Source: a virus
IMG/VR virus record: IMGVR_UViG_3300027648_000002
Span: 1-56,659 of that record
Direction: 5' to 3' (one strand)
Length of the DNA stretch: 56,659 bases
Part shown: in pieces, positions 22,675 through 31,678 of the stretch
Position numbering within the stretch: the first letter of the stretch is position 1
How the letters are laid out: the number at the start of each line of letters is the position of its first letter
Position numbers and translations under genes: made by a program
Notes under the pieces: generated by a model
The model's input: the letters and a program-made list of their open reading frames with translations, nothing else
The model's database searches: none
What the model was told of the DNA's origin: nothing

Positions 22675-24387
22675 TTAGACCGCCGGCGGGTACGCCGTGG
22701 AGGTGTATTTGATCGAGCCGCCGCCGAGCGCCCCAAGGGGAGGTTCGAAGCCCGTCCCGGACGCGATGGCCAACGACTGGCCGTAGCGCATCAGGAACGC
22801 GTAATACTCGAACACCTGGAAGCGGATCTCCAGGGTGCCCGAGAGCACCTCGGAAAGCGCGCGGGTGCGGAGCAGCCCCTCGAACAGCCACGCGTCGTCG
22901 AACTTCGCGGCGAGCGCGATGTCCGCCGTGCCAGCACCGGGGGTGCCGCTGGTGTCCTTGGTCGGGATGTTCGCGTCGATGTAGACGTTGTGCGGCCCGA
23001 ACGGCAACGACCCGACCAGACCCTCTGCGGGCTCTTCGCCGGCGCCGTACAGGGCGCTGACGTTGTATGGCCCGAAGTCCGAACGGTTGGCCACCAGACG
23101 CCCAGACTTGCCTTCGGCACCGTCGAGGCCTGTCCCGAACCAGTACCAGCGGCGCGGGTGCATGACGAGATGAACGTTCTGCACAGCGAAACGCGACGCG
23201 GCGATCTGGGAGATCATCGCGCCCATCACCATGTTGAACGCGGTCACCAGCGGCGCCGCTTCGGTCCAGGTGACGGTGTTCGCCGACCAGTTCGTAGACG
23301 GGTACATGCCCTTGATCAGCCCGGCGTTCAGCGCGGTGGTGTTCGTGCCCGGCGCGGAGATCACCTGCCGGTCGAGGAACCTGTTGAGGTCCGCGATGAG
23401 GTCTTCCATGATCACCTCGTCGAGGTGATACGGGGACTGCTCGAGCAGTTGGATCGCGATGTCGGACTGGCCGGCTGCGGTCTTGACGTTCGCCGTCACC
23501 GCTTCGTCCGTCCAGTCTTTGTCAGCGACCGGGGCTGAGTCCTGGGTCTGGGCCGCGACTTCTGTGGGTTCTTTGATCTTCGGCAGGTTGATGCTGTCGG
23601 TGCCCTCGGGGAGCGGCATGCGACGGCACAGATCGGCCGTGGTGCGGCCCGCACGCAGGTAGGGGATGAACTCCGGCAGCCACAGCGGGGGGACGAAGAA
23701 CCCCCCCTGGCCGTCCAACCTGTTTGGGTTGACTCGCTTCTCTTCCAGCCGGGTGATGCCGAGCTGGCTGCGGACGAATGGGTCGTCGATCAGCCCTCGG
23801 GCACGGATGTTCAGCGGCCCGTGCAGTTCCCGGGTGATCTGGTGCTCGGCCGCGTCCGCCTCAGCACGGGCGCGCCGCTCGGATTCAGCGGCGATCTTCG
23901 GGAACTCGACGCGCATCTCTTTGATGTGGCTTTCGATGCGTTCGTCACCGGAGTTCCCGAGCTGCGCCCGTGCCCCTGGGAGGTCTTTCGCTGCGAGGTC
24001 ACGGAAGAACGAGAAGCCGTTCCCTCGTTCGTAGGTCAGCGGGTTGCTGATGACTTCCAGGCTTGCGGTGCCGCGTGAGGCCTCCTGCGCGTCCTGCGCA
24101 CGGCGTGCCAGCAGCTCCTCCTCGTCGATGCGGCGATCCAGTGCGTGGATCGCCGCGGTGCGCTGGTCGTGTGCGGCACCGAAGGCGCCCTCGTCCAGGT
24201 CGAACTGCGTGCGCTCCTCGTCGGTCACCTCTTTGGTGTCGCGTGCCTCAAACGCCGTGCGCTGCTCGCGGCGCTGAGTGATCGCGACAGCGGCCGCGTC
24301 GATCAGCTCCTTGCGCTGGTCCTGGAGCTGCTCGAGGATCGAACGCTCGTCGGTCGGCGCCTCTTTCTCTTTGGTTTCAGGGGGCAT
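22675..24387 (-). CDS. Major capsid protein, HK97 fold, with a long N-terminal coiled-coil (delta/scaffold-like) region
   Basis: Start at MPPETKEKE with an AGGAGG RBS. RVNPNRLDGQGGFFVPPLW and SDIAIQLLEQSP...ADLNRFLDRQV are Phage_capsid-type motifs. Confidence 0.9.
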   Translation of the reverse strand: MPPETKEKEAPTDERSILEQLQDQRKELIDAAAVAITQRREQRTAFEARDTKEVTDEERTQFDLDEGAFGAAHDQRTAAIHALDRRIDEEELLARRAQDAQEASRGTASLEVISNPLTYERGNGFSFFRDLAAKDLPGARAQLGNSGDERIESHIKEMRVEFPKIAAESERRARAEADAAEHQITRELHGPLNIRARGLIDDPFVRSQLGITRLEEKRVNPNRLDGQGGFFVPPLWLPEFIPYLRAGRTTADLCRRMPLPEGTDSINLPKIKEPTEVAAQTQDSAPVADKDWTDEAVTANVKTAAGQSDIAIQLLEQSPYHLDEVIMEDLIADLNRFLDRQVISAPGTNTTALNAGLIKGMYPSTNWSANTVTWTEAAPLVTAFNMVMGAMISQIAASRFAVQNVHLVMHPRRWYWFGTGLDGAEGKSGRLVANRSDFGPYNVSALYGAGEEPAEGLVGSLPFGPHNVYIDANIPTKDTSGTPGAGTADIALAAKFDDAWLFEGLLRTRALSEVLSGTLEIRFQVFEYYAFLMRYGQSLAIASGTGFEPPLGALGGGSIKYTSTAYPPAV

Positions 24388-24534
24388 TGGCCCCTCCTTT
24401 CGGGAGAACACCCTCGCGGGTGCTGGTGTGGTCTCTCCCGGGCGATACTCGACCTGCTCGGCCGGCACACGCGCGATTGCAAGGGGCGCGTGAAGGCGGC
24501 GAGGGCGGAGCCCAACGCGGGGTCACTGCAAGAT

Positions 24535-25815
24535 TTAGTAGCCCGACTGAACTTCCAGCGCTTTTCCGGTCAAATACGCCAGTCCCGTCGGGTAGCGGAA
24601 CAGCGCGGCGGCGTAACCGTGGAGCATGAAGCGCGCCTGCAGGGTGCCCGACAGGGTCTCCTTGTCCACCATCGTGCTCTTCGCTGTCTCGAACAGCATC
24701 GAGTCGGTGGGGCGGGCGCAGACGATGACGTCCTGGTTGCCGTTGATATTCACCGGGATCGCATCCGACAGGTAGGTCGGCCAGCCCAGGATCGGCGGTG
24801 CCACGGCAGGGCGCGTGTCGTCGAACGTGTACGGGACGGGCGGCAGCGCCTGGTGGCCCGGCACCGCGAGAGGAAGTTTCTCTTCGTCCTCTTCCGAGCC
24901 AATGTACGCCCAGCGGGCCGTCCGCATCAGCCAGACCTCGGGCGACACTTTGCGGGCGTCGCCGAGCTGTCCTGCGACCTTCCCGAGTTCCTTGAAGATT
25001 TCATAGCCTTTGGTGCCGGTCGCGGTTACTACCGACACGCCGCCGGCGCCTGTCGTGAGGTTCAAGATGCCTGCGATCTGCTGGTGGGATTTGCCGGTGC
25101 CGTTGAACAGCGCCGCCTCTAGAGCTTCGTCGTAGTCCTCCAGCAGGTCCTTGAGGATCGAGTGGTCCAGGTGCGCTCCGGCCGGGGACTGTTCGAGTAG
25201 TTGCATCGAACAGCCGGAGTTGCCGCTGAACGTCTCCACCCACGATTCGGCTGCGGCGTCGGTGAAGTCCTGGTCGGGGACCGGCGAGACATCCTGCGTC
25301 GCTTCAGCAGCGGTGCCGGGCGCCAGGATGCGCGGCAGCTTGATTTCCGAGACTTTGGCTGTCAGCGGGAAGGTGGGGATCAGGCTCGCGAGGACACGCT
25401 TGGCGCGCGGCGCCGTGGCGAAGGCCTCGTTGGCCCACAGCGGCGGCGAGAAGTAGCCGCCTTGGCCATCGATGCGGCTCGGGTTCACGCGCGTCTCAAG
25501 GCCCTCGGGGGCGCTGCGGTACACACGCTCCAGAAACCGCGGCATCTCGATGTCCATCTCGGCTGCGTGGCGTTGCAGGCGCCCGCTGGCCTCCTGGTCG
25601 CCGTTGATCTCGGCGAGCGCTCGGTCACGGAAGTAGCTGGTCGGGGTGTGCCGTTCGTAGGTCAGGGGTTCGCGGGTGGTGCGCACCTCGGGCCGGCGCA
25701 CGCGCTCTTCGGCGAGCACAACGTCGCGCAGCTCCGGCGGGATCGCCTCCCATGTCGCGCGGACCTCGTCGATCGCCGCGCGTGCCTGCTCCGCCGTGCG
25801 GGTCTCGTCAGTCAT
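24535..25815 (-). CDS. Second HK97-fold capsid protein, paralog of 22675..24387
   Basis: PLTYERHTPTSYFRD, RVNPSRIDGQGGYFSPPLW and CSMQLLEQSP...LEDYDEALEAALF align with capsid gene 1. Confidence 0.85.
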   Translation of the reverse strand: MTDETRTAEQARAAIDEVRATWEAIPPELRDVVLAEERVRRPEVRTTREPLTYERHTPTSYFRDRALAEINGDQEASGRLQRHAAEMDIEMPRFLERVYRSAPEGLETRVNPSRIDGQGGYFSPPLWANEAFATAPRAKRVLASLIPTFPLTAKVSEIKLPRILAPGTAAEATQDVSPVPDQDFTDAAAESWVETFSGNSGCSMQLLEQSPAGAHLDHSILKDLLEDYDEALEAALFNGTGKSHQQIAGILNLTTGAGGVSVVTATGTKGYEIFKELGKVAGQLGDARKVSPEVWLMRTARWAYIGSEEDEEKLPLAVPGHQALPPVPYTFDDTRPAVAPPILGWPTYLSDAIPVNINGNQDVIVCARPTDSMLFETAKSTMVDKETLSGTLQARFMLHGYAAALFRYPTGLAYLTGKALEVQSGY

Positions 25816-27314
25816 CGTGCGCCCCTCAACGCGAGCAGCTCAAGCTCCTGCTCAGCGCGCGTGGTGAGATCCGGCACACGTGCCCGCGCTGGCTCAGGCT
25901 CAGGCTCGGGCTTGTCGGGGTTCTCGACGCCGAGCACCTTCGCGAGTTCGGGGAGTGCCTGGTCGAGCTGGTCGTCGGCTTTGGCGATCCGGTCCAGCAC
26001 GGCGGTCAACAGCGTTTCGCGGGCGGTGGAGATCGGTTTGCCGACGCGCAGCTCGACTTCGCCATCGGCGGAGCGGATGCTTGTCGTCTTGCCTGTGGAG
26101 GGGCTTGCACCGAACGTGACGGCGCTGACGTCCCCGCCGTGCAAGGTGACGCTGCGGACTTTGCGGTCGGTCCAGTCCTCGTTCCACGCGTCGTCGGTGC
26201 AGCGGAACGCGAAGCTCATTTCGTCGACCAGGCCGCGTTCCATCTTCAGCTTCAACCGTTGTGCGTCGGGGTCCTCTGTGTCGAACTTGGCGTCGACCTT
26301 CAGGCCGCGCTCGGTCTCCTCGAGCATGAGGGTGCCGGGGATCTGCGAGTCCGGGCGCTCGGTGCGCGCGAGCGGCAGGCCTTCGTGTTCGACGCGGAAC
26401 ACCACGTCGGGGTTCTCCTTCAGAGTGCGCCTGAAGGCCCCGCGTTCGATCGTCTCTGTGAACCCGCCGACGCTGTAGGGCACGTTCGTCAGCGACGCGT
26501 AGCCCTCGAAGTGCATCATGCCGTCCTCGTCTACGCCACGGAACTCGCACTCGCGGACCGAGAACTGACGGTGCTCCAGGCTCTTGCCGTTACGCAGGCT
26601 TTCCGCACGTTGGCGGCGGCGCTCCAGCGCCCGCTGGCCGCTGCGGGAGTCCTTCGCGATTTCGCCGCTGCCGTCACAGTCAGGGCATTCCGTTGAGCCG
26701 CCCTTGACTTTGCCGGAGCCTTCGCAGGTCGGGCATTCTTCCATGTCCTCGGTGCTGTTTTCGACGGCGCGCTGGTTCGCCTCATACGTCGTGACGCGGC
26801 GCACCTTCTCGGGGTCGCCGAGGGTCACGCCGTCATCGTCGGCGATCGTGTACGTCACCTGCCACAGGTCGCCTTCGTATTCGTAGACGGCCCACTGTTC
26901 GGTCATGTCCGTGACGTAGGGGCCGTAGATCGCTTCGCCCTTCTTCTTTTTCGGCAGCGAGTCTGAGATGGCCGATTCGACGAGCTGGCGGCGGTCGTTG
27001 AAGGTTTCGCGTTCCTCAAGCGTTGACCAGACGCCCTTGGTTTCTTTCAGAGACCCGTCCGAGTTCCAGTTGTCGGGGATCAGGCTGGACAGTTTCAGCG
27101 CCTTGGCGCGCTTGATGACGTGAGCACGGATTGAGTCGTGGTCGGCGTTGCCGCGCCCGACGGCTTTGATCGCTTTCTTGAGGTCGTCTTCGTCGGCGAT
27201 CGGGTATGACCCGTCGGCCATCGCTTCGCCGTTCTTGGCCATTTCATCGCGGTCGGCCTGTTTGTACTTCGCGCGCCACTCGCGCGTCAGCGAGCGCTCA
27301 ATCGTCAAGGACAT
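25812..27314 (-). CDS. Prohead maturation protease (HK97 / S78 family) with a long N-terminal extension carrying a DnaJ-type zinc finger
   Basis: C-half: FEGYASLTNVPYS...GAFRRTL...VVFRVEHEG...DEMSFAF. N-half: YPIADEDDLKKAIKAVGRG and CPTCEGSGKVKGGSTECPDCDGSG. Confidence 0.9.
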   Translation of the reverse strand: MSLTIERSLTREWRAKYKQADRDEMAKNGEAMADGSYPIADEDDLKKAIKAVGRGNADHDSIRAHVIKRAKALKLSSLIPDNWNSDGSLKETKGVWSTLEERETFNDRRQLVESAISDSLPKKKKGEAIYGPYVTDMTEQWAVYEYEGDLWQVTYTIADDDGVTLGDPEKVRRVTTYEANQRAVENSTEDMEECPTCEGSGKVKGGSTECPDCDGSGEIAKDSRSGQRALERRRQRAESLRNGKSLEHRQFSVRECEFRGVDEDGMMHFEGYASLTNVPYSVGGFTETIERGAFRRTLKENPDVVFRVEHEGLPLARTERPDSQIPGTLMLEETERGLKVDAKFDTEDPDAQRLKLKMERGLVDEMSFAFRCTDDAWNEDWTDRKVRSVTLHGGDVSAVTFGASPSTGKTTSIRSADGEVELRVGKPISTARETLLTAVLDRIAKADDQLDQALPELAKVLGVENPDKPEPEPEPARARVPDLTTRAEQELELLALRGAR

Positions 27315-27323
27315 GCTGTCTCC

Positions 27324-28643
27324 TTACTTGCCGATCATCGCCGGGTCGCCCTTGCCGTTCGGCGGGACGGGTTCCTCCGTCGGCTCTGGTGCGTACTTCG
27401 CTTCGATGGCCTCTTCCGCTTCGGCCATGACTTTTTCGAGCAGCGTCGTGTTGATCGGCGAATTCAGTTTGTCGCCGTCCTGCTCGGGCGGCAGGTCGAA
27501 CAGGGCGCGTGCATCGTTCGGTGTGAAGAACCCGCCCAGGGTGCCCAGCGAGCCGGCCTGCGCGCGCTCTAGCGTGTCGCCTCGCAGCCGGTGGCTCATG
27601 TCGATCGAGACGTACTCGCCGGGCGGGTGGACGGCGGTCATCGCGGCTTCGTAGCGGCCCGTGTAGTCCTGCAACGTGTTTTTCGTGAAGCCCAGCTCCA
27701 TCTGCTCGATGCCGCGTCCCCAGGCCGTCGTCTTTTCGGTCATGCCGAGCATGTGCGGCGGGCAGCGGAAGATCGTCCCGGCGATTTCTTCGCCGGAGAA
27801 CCGCATCGATTCGAGGAACTGCGAGTCCTGCGGGGTGATCGAGATCGGCTTGACTTCGGTGTCGCCTGTCACGATCGCCGGGAGGTGCGCCTGGCCGAGG
27901 CCCTGGTGGGCGGCCATGAACGACCGGACCATTTTCTTCGTCTGGTCGGGGCTCAGGTCGCCCTTGACCTGGATCACCAGCGACGGGTTAGCGCTGTTGG
28001 AGAAGTAGCGGGCGCCGTAGGTGCTCTGCGCGAGCGACTTGCTCAGCGACAAGCGCAATGACTGGATCGGGTTGACGCCCTGAAGCATCCCCGGCATCGT
28101 CAACAGCCGCACGTGAAAGACGTCTTTGAGCGGGACTTTCTTGTTGAAGAACTGGTATTCCAGTTCGCCGTTCTGTAGCCGTCGGACGGTTGCGTTGTCG
28201 GCGGGGATCGGCTTGATCTGCGTCGGGTACAGCGTCGCTTTGTCGCGGCTGATGACCTGCCCGAAGAACTCGCCGCGCAACGCCAGCGACGCGACGAACT
28301 GCACCATCCAGTCGAACAGGCTTATCTCGCAGTACGGTTCCGTCAACAGCGGCCCGGGCTTGAGTTCTTTGGCCTTGCGCAGCACCTTGCTGTTCAGCAG
28401 CAGCAGCGGCGAGTTCGCGATCGACGAGGACAGCAGGTTCGAGCAGCCATACACCGCCGCGATCTGCAACGCGGACTCCTGGCTGACGGCGATCCCGGCA
28501 GCCGACCCGTAGCCGCCGGCTTCTGCGTTGGTTGGCGGTGTGGAGTTGCCCCATTCAGATCCAGGCTGTGCCGCTCGGGCGTCCTGTGCGCCGTCGCTGC
28601 GGAGGTCAAGCGCGTTCGCGACCGCTTTCGTGAGCAGCGACAT
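27324..28643 (-). CDS. Portal protein (HK97-type Phage_portal)
   Basis: Start at MSLLTKAV. Family-typical region ...GVNPIQSLRLSLSKSLAQSTYGARYFSNSANPS...AHLPAIVTGD...QFLESMRFSGEEIA. Confidence 0.9.
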   Translation of the reverse strand: MSLLTKAVANALDLRSDGAQDARAAQPGSEWGNSTPPTNAEAGGYGSAAGIAVSQESALQIAAVYGCSNLLSSSIANSPLLLLNSKVLRKAKELKPGPLLTEPYCEISLFDWMVQFVASLALRGEFFGQVISRDKATLYPTQIKPIPADNATVRRLQNGELEYQFFNKKVPLKDVFHVRLLTMPGMLQGVNPIQSLRLSLSKSLAQSTYGARYFSNSANPSLVIQVKGDLSPDQTKKMVRSFMAAHQGLGQAHLPAIVTGDTEVKPISITPQDSQFLESMRFSGEEIAGTIFRCPPHMLGMTEKTTAWGRGIEQMELGFTKNTLQDYTGRYEAAMTAVHPPGEYVSIDMSHRLRGDTLERAQAGSLGTLGGFFTPNDARALFDLPPEQDGDKLNSPINTTLLEKVMAEAEEAIEAKYAPEPTEEPVPPNGKGDPAMIGK

Positions 28644-28656
28644 GCGGCAGCCCCTC

Positions 28657-28905
28657 TCAGACGGTCTTGGCGGCCCGGCGCGTCCTACGTTCCGCCTTTC
28701 GCTCCGCGCGCCACAGCGTGAGCTTGACGCGCACATCGTGCACGGCGGCGAGCGTCAGCTTGATCGGGTTCAGCCCCTCGACCGCGAGCGCGAGCAGCCC
28801 GAGCACAACGCTCGCGCCGATCAGCGCCCAGCCGCGCCCCGCCAGTTCGTAGACGCCGGCGACGAACACGCTGCCGGACAGCCCGTAGAGCGCGTTGGCG
28901 AACAT
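28657..28905 (-). CDS. Small membrane protein (2 predicted TM segments)
   Basis: Hydrophobic stretches LYGLSGSVFVAGVY and GWALIGASVVLGLLALAV, with a basic tail. Confidence 0.5.
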   Translation of the reverse strand: MFANALYGLSGSVFVAGVYELAGRGWALIGASVVLGLLALAVEGLNPIKLTLAAVHDVRVKLTLWRAERKAERRTRRAAKTV

Positions 28906-29174
28906 CAGCCGCGCGAGGCCAGCTCGTCGGCTCTGCGCCGCTCGGCGATGGGATCAAGGCCCCAGACGGACCTGCCGATCACCGGACCCGCGACCTCGCG
29001 TCTGGCATCGTCTGGCAGCTCGTCGGTCTCGTCCAAATAGAGCGTCACCGTCTTGTAGTCAGCGGCTGCGTTCCATGTGCGGTAGACCACGTTGCCGTCG
29101 TCGTCGGTGACGGTCACGTGCAGTTTGGGCTCGCCGGCGACGTCCCCCCTGGTGAGCCCGGCGATTCCGGCCAT
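28905..29174 (-). CDS. Hypothetical protein
   Basis: 89 aa, acidic, coupled to its neighbours. Confidence 0.5.
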   Translation of the reverse strand: MAGIAGLTRGDVAGEPKLHVTVTDDDGNVVYRTWNAAADYKTVTLYLDETDELPDDARREVAGPVIGRSVWGLDPIAERRRADELASRG

Positions 29175-29480
29175 CTACTCGTACAGCGCGATCTCTGCGA
29201 CGAGCACGTGGAATTCGCGGCCACCGGGATCTTCGAGCGTCAGCGTGCCGGTCGTGCCGAATGCGTCGGCGACGGCTGCGATGTCGACGACATCCTTGGT
29301 CAGGCCGCAGTGGAGCGTGATGCGTCCCGACTGCGTGACGGGCGGTTCGACAGCTGGAGTGTCGGGCTCGGGTGTCTCGTCCGTCGACTCGGGCTGCTGC
29401 CCCGGTACCTCGTACGCGACGGGTGGCTGAGCCTCGGCCGGCTCGGTCTGCTGGGTCTGCTCTGCGACTGATGCCTCCAT
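29175..29480 (-). CDS. Hypothetical protein
   Basis: Start moved to the internal ATG (MEASVAEQTQ). The upstream part of the ORF-track ORF is R/H-rich junk. Confidence 0.5.
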   Translation of the reverse strand: MEASVAEQTQQTEPAEAQPPVAYEVPGQQPESTDETPEPDTPAVEPPVTQSGRITLHCGLTKDVVDIAAVADAFGTTGTLTLEDPGGREFHVLVAEIALYE

Positions 29481-29504
29481 TAGCGTGTCCTTTCTCTGGT
29501 TACG

Positions 29505-29960
29505 ATGATGGTCTTGCGACTCCCGCGATGGATTCGACGCCACCAACAGTCCGAGGCGCTGCCCGAGGGGTCGATCGTGGTCAACGCGCCAGTCCTCAAC
29601 TTCGGGGTGCGTGCACCGGCCGACCCGTTCCCTGCTCGGATCACGATGGAGCTGGCGACGACCCCGCATCCGGCGAGCGTTGACGGCCGGTGGGAGCGCT
29701 TTGCTCCCGAGGCCCTGGACGATCTTGCCATGCAGCTACCAGGGCTGCCCGTGCTGGTCGACTTCGCCGGGCCGCCCGTCGGGTACGTCCTCTCCGCATG
29801 CCGGCACCAGGACGGCGTCGAGGTCACGATGTCAGCCGAGCCGCATATCTCCGGCTACCTGGAAGGACTCACGGCGGGACCGGGCTTCAACATCGATGAG
29901 CTTGAGGGCGGCGTCGTCAAGAAGGCGACCGTCGGAGTGGTCGGGCTCTCACGCGATTAG
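29505..29960 (+). CDS. Hypothetical protein on the opposite strand (start uncertain)
   Basis: High GC3 throughout and realistic composition (FAPEALDDLAMQLPGLPVLVDFAGPPVGYV...GVVGLSRD). The minus-strand alternatives are R/S-rich junk. Confidence 0.5.
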   Translation: MMVLRLPRWIRRHQQSEALPEGSIVVNAPVLNFGVRAPADPFPARITMELATTPHPASVDGRWERFAPEALDDLAMQLPGLPVLVDFAGPPVGYVLSACRHQDGVEVTMSAEPHISGYLEGLTAGPGFNIDELEGGVVKKATVGVVGLSRD

Positions 29961-29969
29961 CATGGACGA

Positions 29970-30137
29970 GTGACGCCCGAGCAGCGCAAGGCGCTAATCA
30001 AGCGGATCTACCGCGAAGGTGAGCAGCCGAACTGCTGGCATGTGTTCGTGGGCGACAAGCAGTGGGACGTGATAGGGAATGCCGACGACGCCCGAGAGCA
30101 AGCGCGGTTGGAGAGGGCGCTCCAGGAAGAAGGCTAG
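29970..30137 (+). CDS. Small hypothetical protein (55 aa, below the ORF-track cutoff)
   Basis: GTG at 29970. VTPEQRKALIKRIYREGEQPNCWHVFVGDKQWDVIGNADDAREQARLERALQEEG. Its TAG overlaps the TerL stop in a convergent arrangement. Confidence 0.4.
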   Translation: MTPEQRKALIKRIYREGEQPNCWHVFVGDKQWDVIGNADDAREQARLERALQEEG

Positions 30138-31678
30138 GCGTAGGGGTCTGAGAGGTCCTCTCCGGCCTCGAGCATTTCCCGGTAGACCTCGTTCATGTCG
30201 ATGATCTGAGAGTCGGCGGGTGTGGGGAGGCTGCGCAGGCCCCACAGCGCCAGGGTGACGGCCACGAGCACGCTGATGTCGATGCTGCTGTTGATTCTGC
30301 TCCAGAGCCATGCCTCGCCGAGCGGTCGCTTGACGGCGCCTTTGATGGCGTCTGTCAGGTCGGGCTCGCCGAGGTGACGCAGCGCGGTCTGTTTGACGAG
30401 GTCGAAGATCGCCGCGCACGCTTGGGCGTGCTCTTTGGCGCTGATCGGCGTGAACTCGATGTGCAGCGCTTCGAGCTGCGCGGGCACGGGGCCGGCGAGC
30501 GTCTCGTCGAGGACCGTGCCGATGACCTTGTGGTCCTCTTTGAGCTTTTCGACACGTTGGGCGACCCAGCTCGTGCTGCGCTTGTGTTCGATGATCTCCA
30601 GGTGGGGCAGGCCGTCGGCCCGGTAGCCCGCGACGCATATCGCGCTGAACGAGCGGTCCGGGGTCGTGTCGCAGCCAAGGCAGACCGGACCCACGATCTG
30701 GGAGTCCGCGTCGATGCACTTCGCCCATTGGTCGGGGTCAATCACGGGCGCCACGTTTCCGTCGGTTCTCGGCCATGCTCCGACTCCCAGCCGCTGCACG
30801 GCGAACGTGCGACGGTCCATCGAGCGCTTCTCAAGCGCGATGTGCTCCGGGTCGATGCGCTTGCCCAGGCCGGGGTTCGCCAGCGCCCACATGCGCGGGT
30901 CGCCCGCGACCTTGTCCGGGACACCGTCGGGATCGTCAAACGGCAGCGACCACTCCATGTAGGCCAGGGCCGGGTCGTCGCCTTTGATGCCGCGCTCGCG
31001 GACCCTGGCGAACACGATCCCGTCATGCGACGGGTTCTCCTCGTCGACTGCCGAGCCGGTGTACCAGACCTGGATGTTCGGCATGGCCGACAAGGTCGGC
31101 AGCAGCGCGCCGTGCATCGCCATCGAGATGATCATGGCCTCGTCGAAGATCAGGCAGTCGATCGAGAAGCCCAGGCCGCCGCTGCCGGTGCGGGTGCGGA
31201 ATTGGATGGTCGGCGCGACCCCCGTTTTGCGGTTGCGCAGCAGCGTGATCGACTCGTTGCCGTGGCCGCGCAGAATTTTGTCTACACGCCGGTCAAGCTC
31301 CGGGTCGTTTTCGATCAGCGTCGCTACCCGCAGGAAGTGCTGCGCTGAGGTGTCGAACTGGTGTGCGGTGTGGACGATCAGGCTCTCTTCGAGCAGGAAC
31401 AGTCCGGTGATCTCCCGTGCCTCTAGGATCGAGCCCTTGCCGTTCTGGCGCGAGAGCATCTCGCCGACCTCGCGGGCCGCCCAGCGGCCGTCGGCGCGTT
31501 CGCCGAGCGCGTGCCCCAGCGAGAACTGCTGCCAGTCGTCGAGGTGCAGCCCCGCTTTGGCGGTGAGGTCGACCGCTTCTTCACCGGTCGATGTCGCGTA
31601 GGCCGGGTAGGTGCAGATCCTAGGTCGCTGCGCGCCGACGAGCGGTCCGGCGTTTGGCGCGACGATCGTTGAGCTCAT
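30134..31678 (-). CDS. Terminase large subunit
   Basis: 514 aa. SRQNGKGS (Walker A-like), CLIFDEA (Walker B) and a nuclease-half pattern. Upstream of the portal. Confidence 0.9.
   Translation of the reverse strand: MSSTIVAPNAGPLVGAQRPRICTYPAYATSTGEEAVDLTAKAGLHLDDWQQFSLGHALGERADGRWAAREVGEMLSRQNGKGSILEAREITGLFLLEESLIVHTAHQFDTSAQHFLRVATLIENDPELDRRVDKILRGHGNESITLLRNRKTGVAPTIQFRTRTGSGGLGFSIDCLIFDEAMIISMAMHGALLPTLSAMPNIQVWYTGSAVDEENPSHDGIVFARVRERGIKGDDPALAYMEWSLPFDDPDGVPDKVAGDPRMWALANPGLGKRIDPEHIALEKRSMDRRTFAVQRLGVGAWPRTDGNVAPVIDPDQWAKCIDADSQIVGPVCLGCDTTPDRSFSAICVAGYRADGLPHLEIIEHKRSTSWVAQRVEKLKEDHKVIGTVLDETLAGPVPAQLEALHIEFTPISAKEHAQACAAIFDLVKQTALRHLGEPDLTDAIKGAVKRPLGEAWLWSRINSSIDISVLVAVTLALWGLRSLPTPADSQIIDMNEVYREMLEAGEDLSDPYA

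Noticed and set aside
21677-22891. N-terminal 405 residues of ORF-track ORF 21380..22891
   Set aside because: Only the last 98 codons (GroES, with its own AGGAGG RBS) look real. The upstream part overlaps three well-supported genes in other frames.
21772-23538. 588-aa plus-strand ORF antisense to the capsid gene and its neighbours
   Set aside because: Shadow ORF of a GC-rich region with R/G/A/V-rich junk. The opposite strand encodes recognisable HK97-fold capsid motifs.
24469-24534. Possible small ORF or regulatory element between the two capsid genes
   Set aside because: Only 66 nt with no repeat or promoter-like hexamers that I could support. It is probably just the RBS/leader of the downstream capsid gene.
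25201-26696. Plus-strand ORFs 25201..26478 and 25752..26696, antisense to the capsid paralog and protease
   Set aside because: Arg/Ala-rich shadow ORFs. The minus strand has clear protease and capsid motifs.
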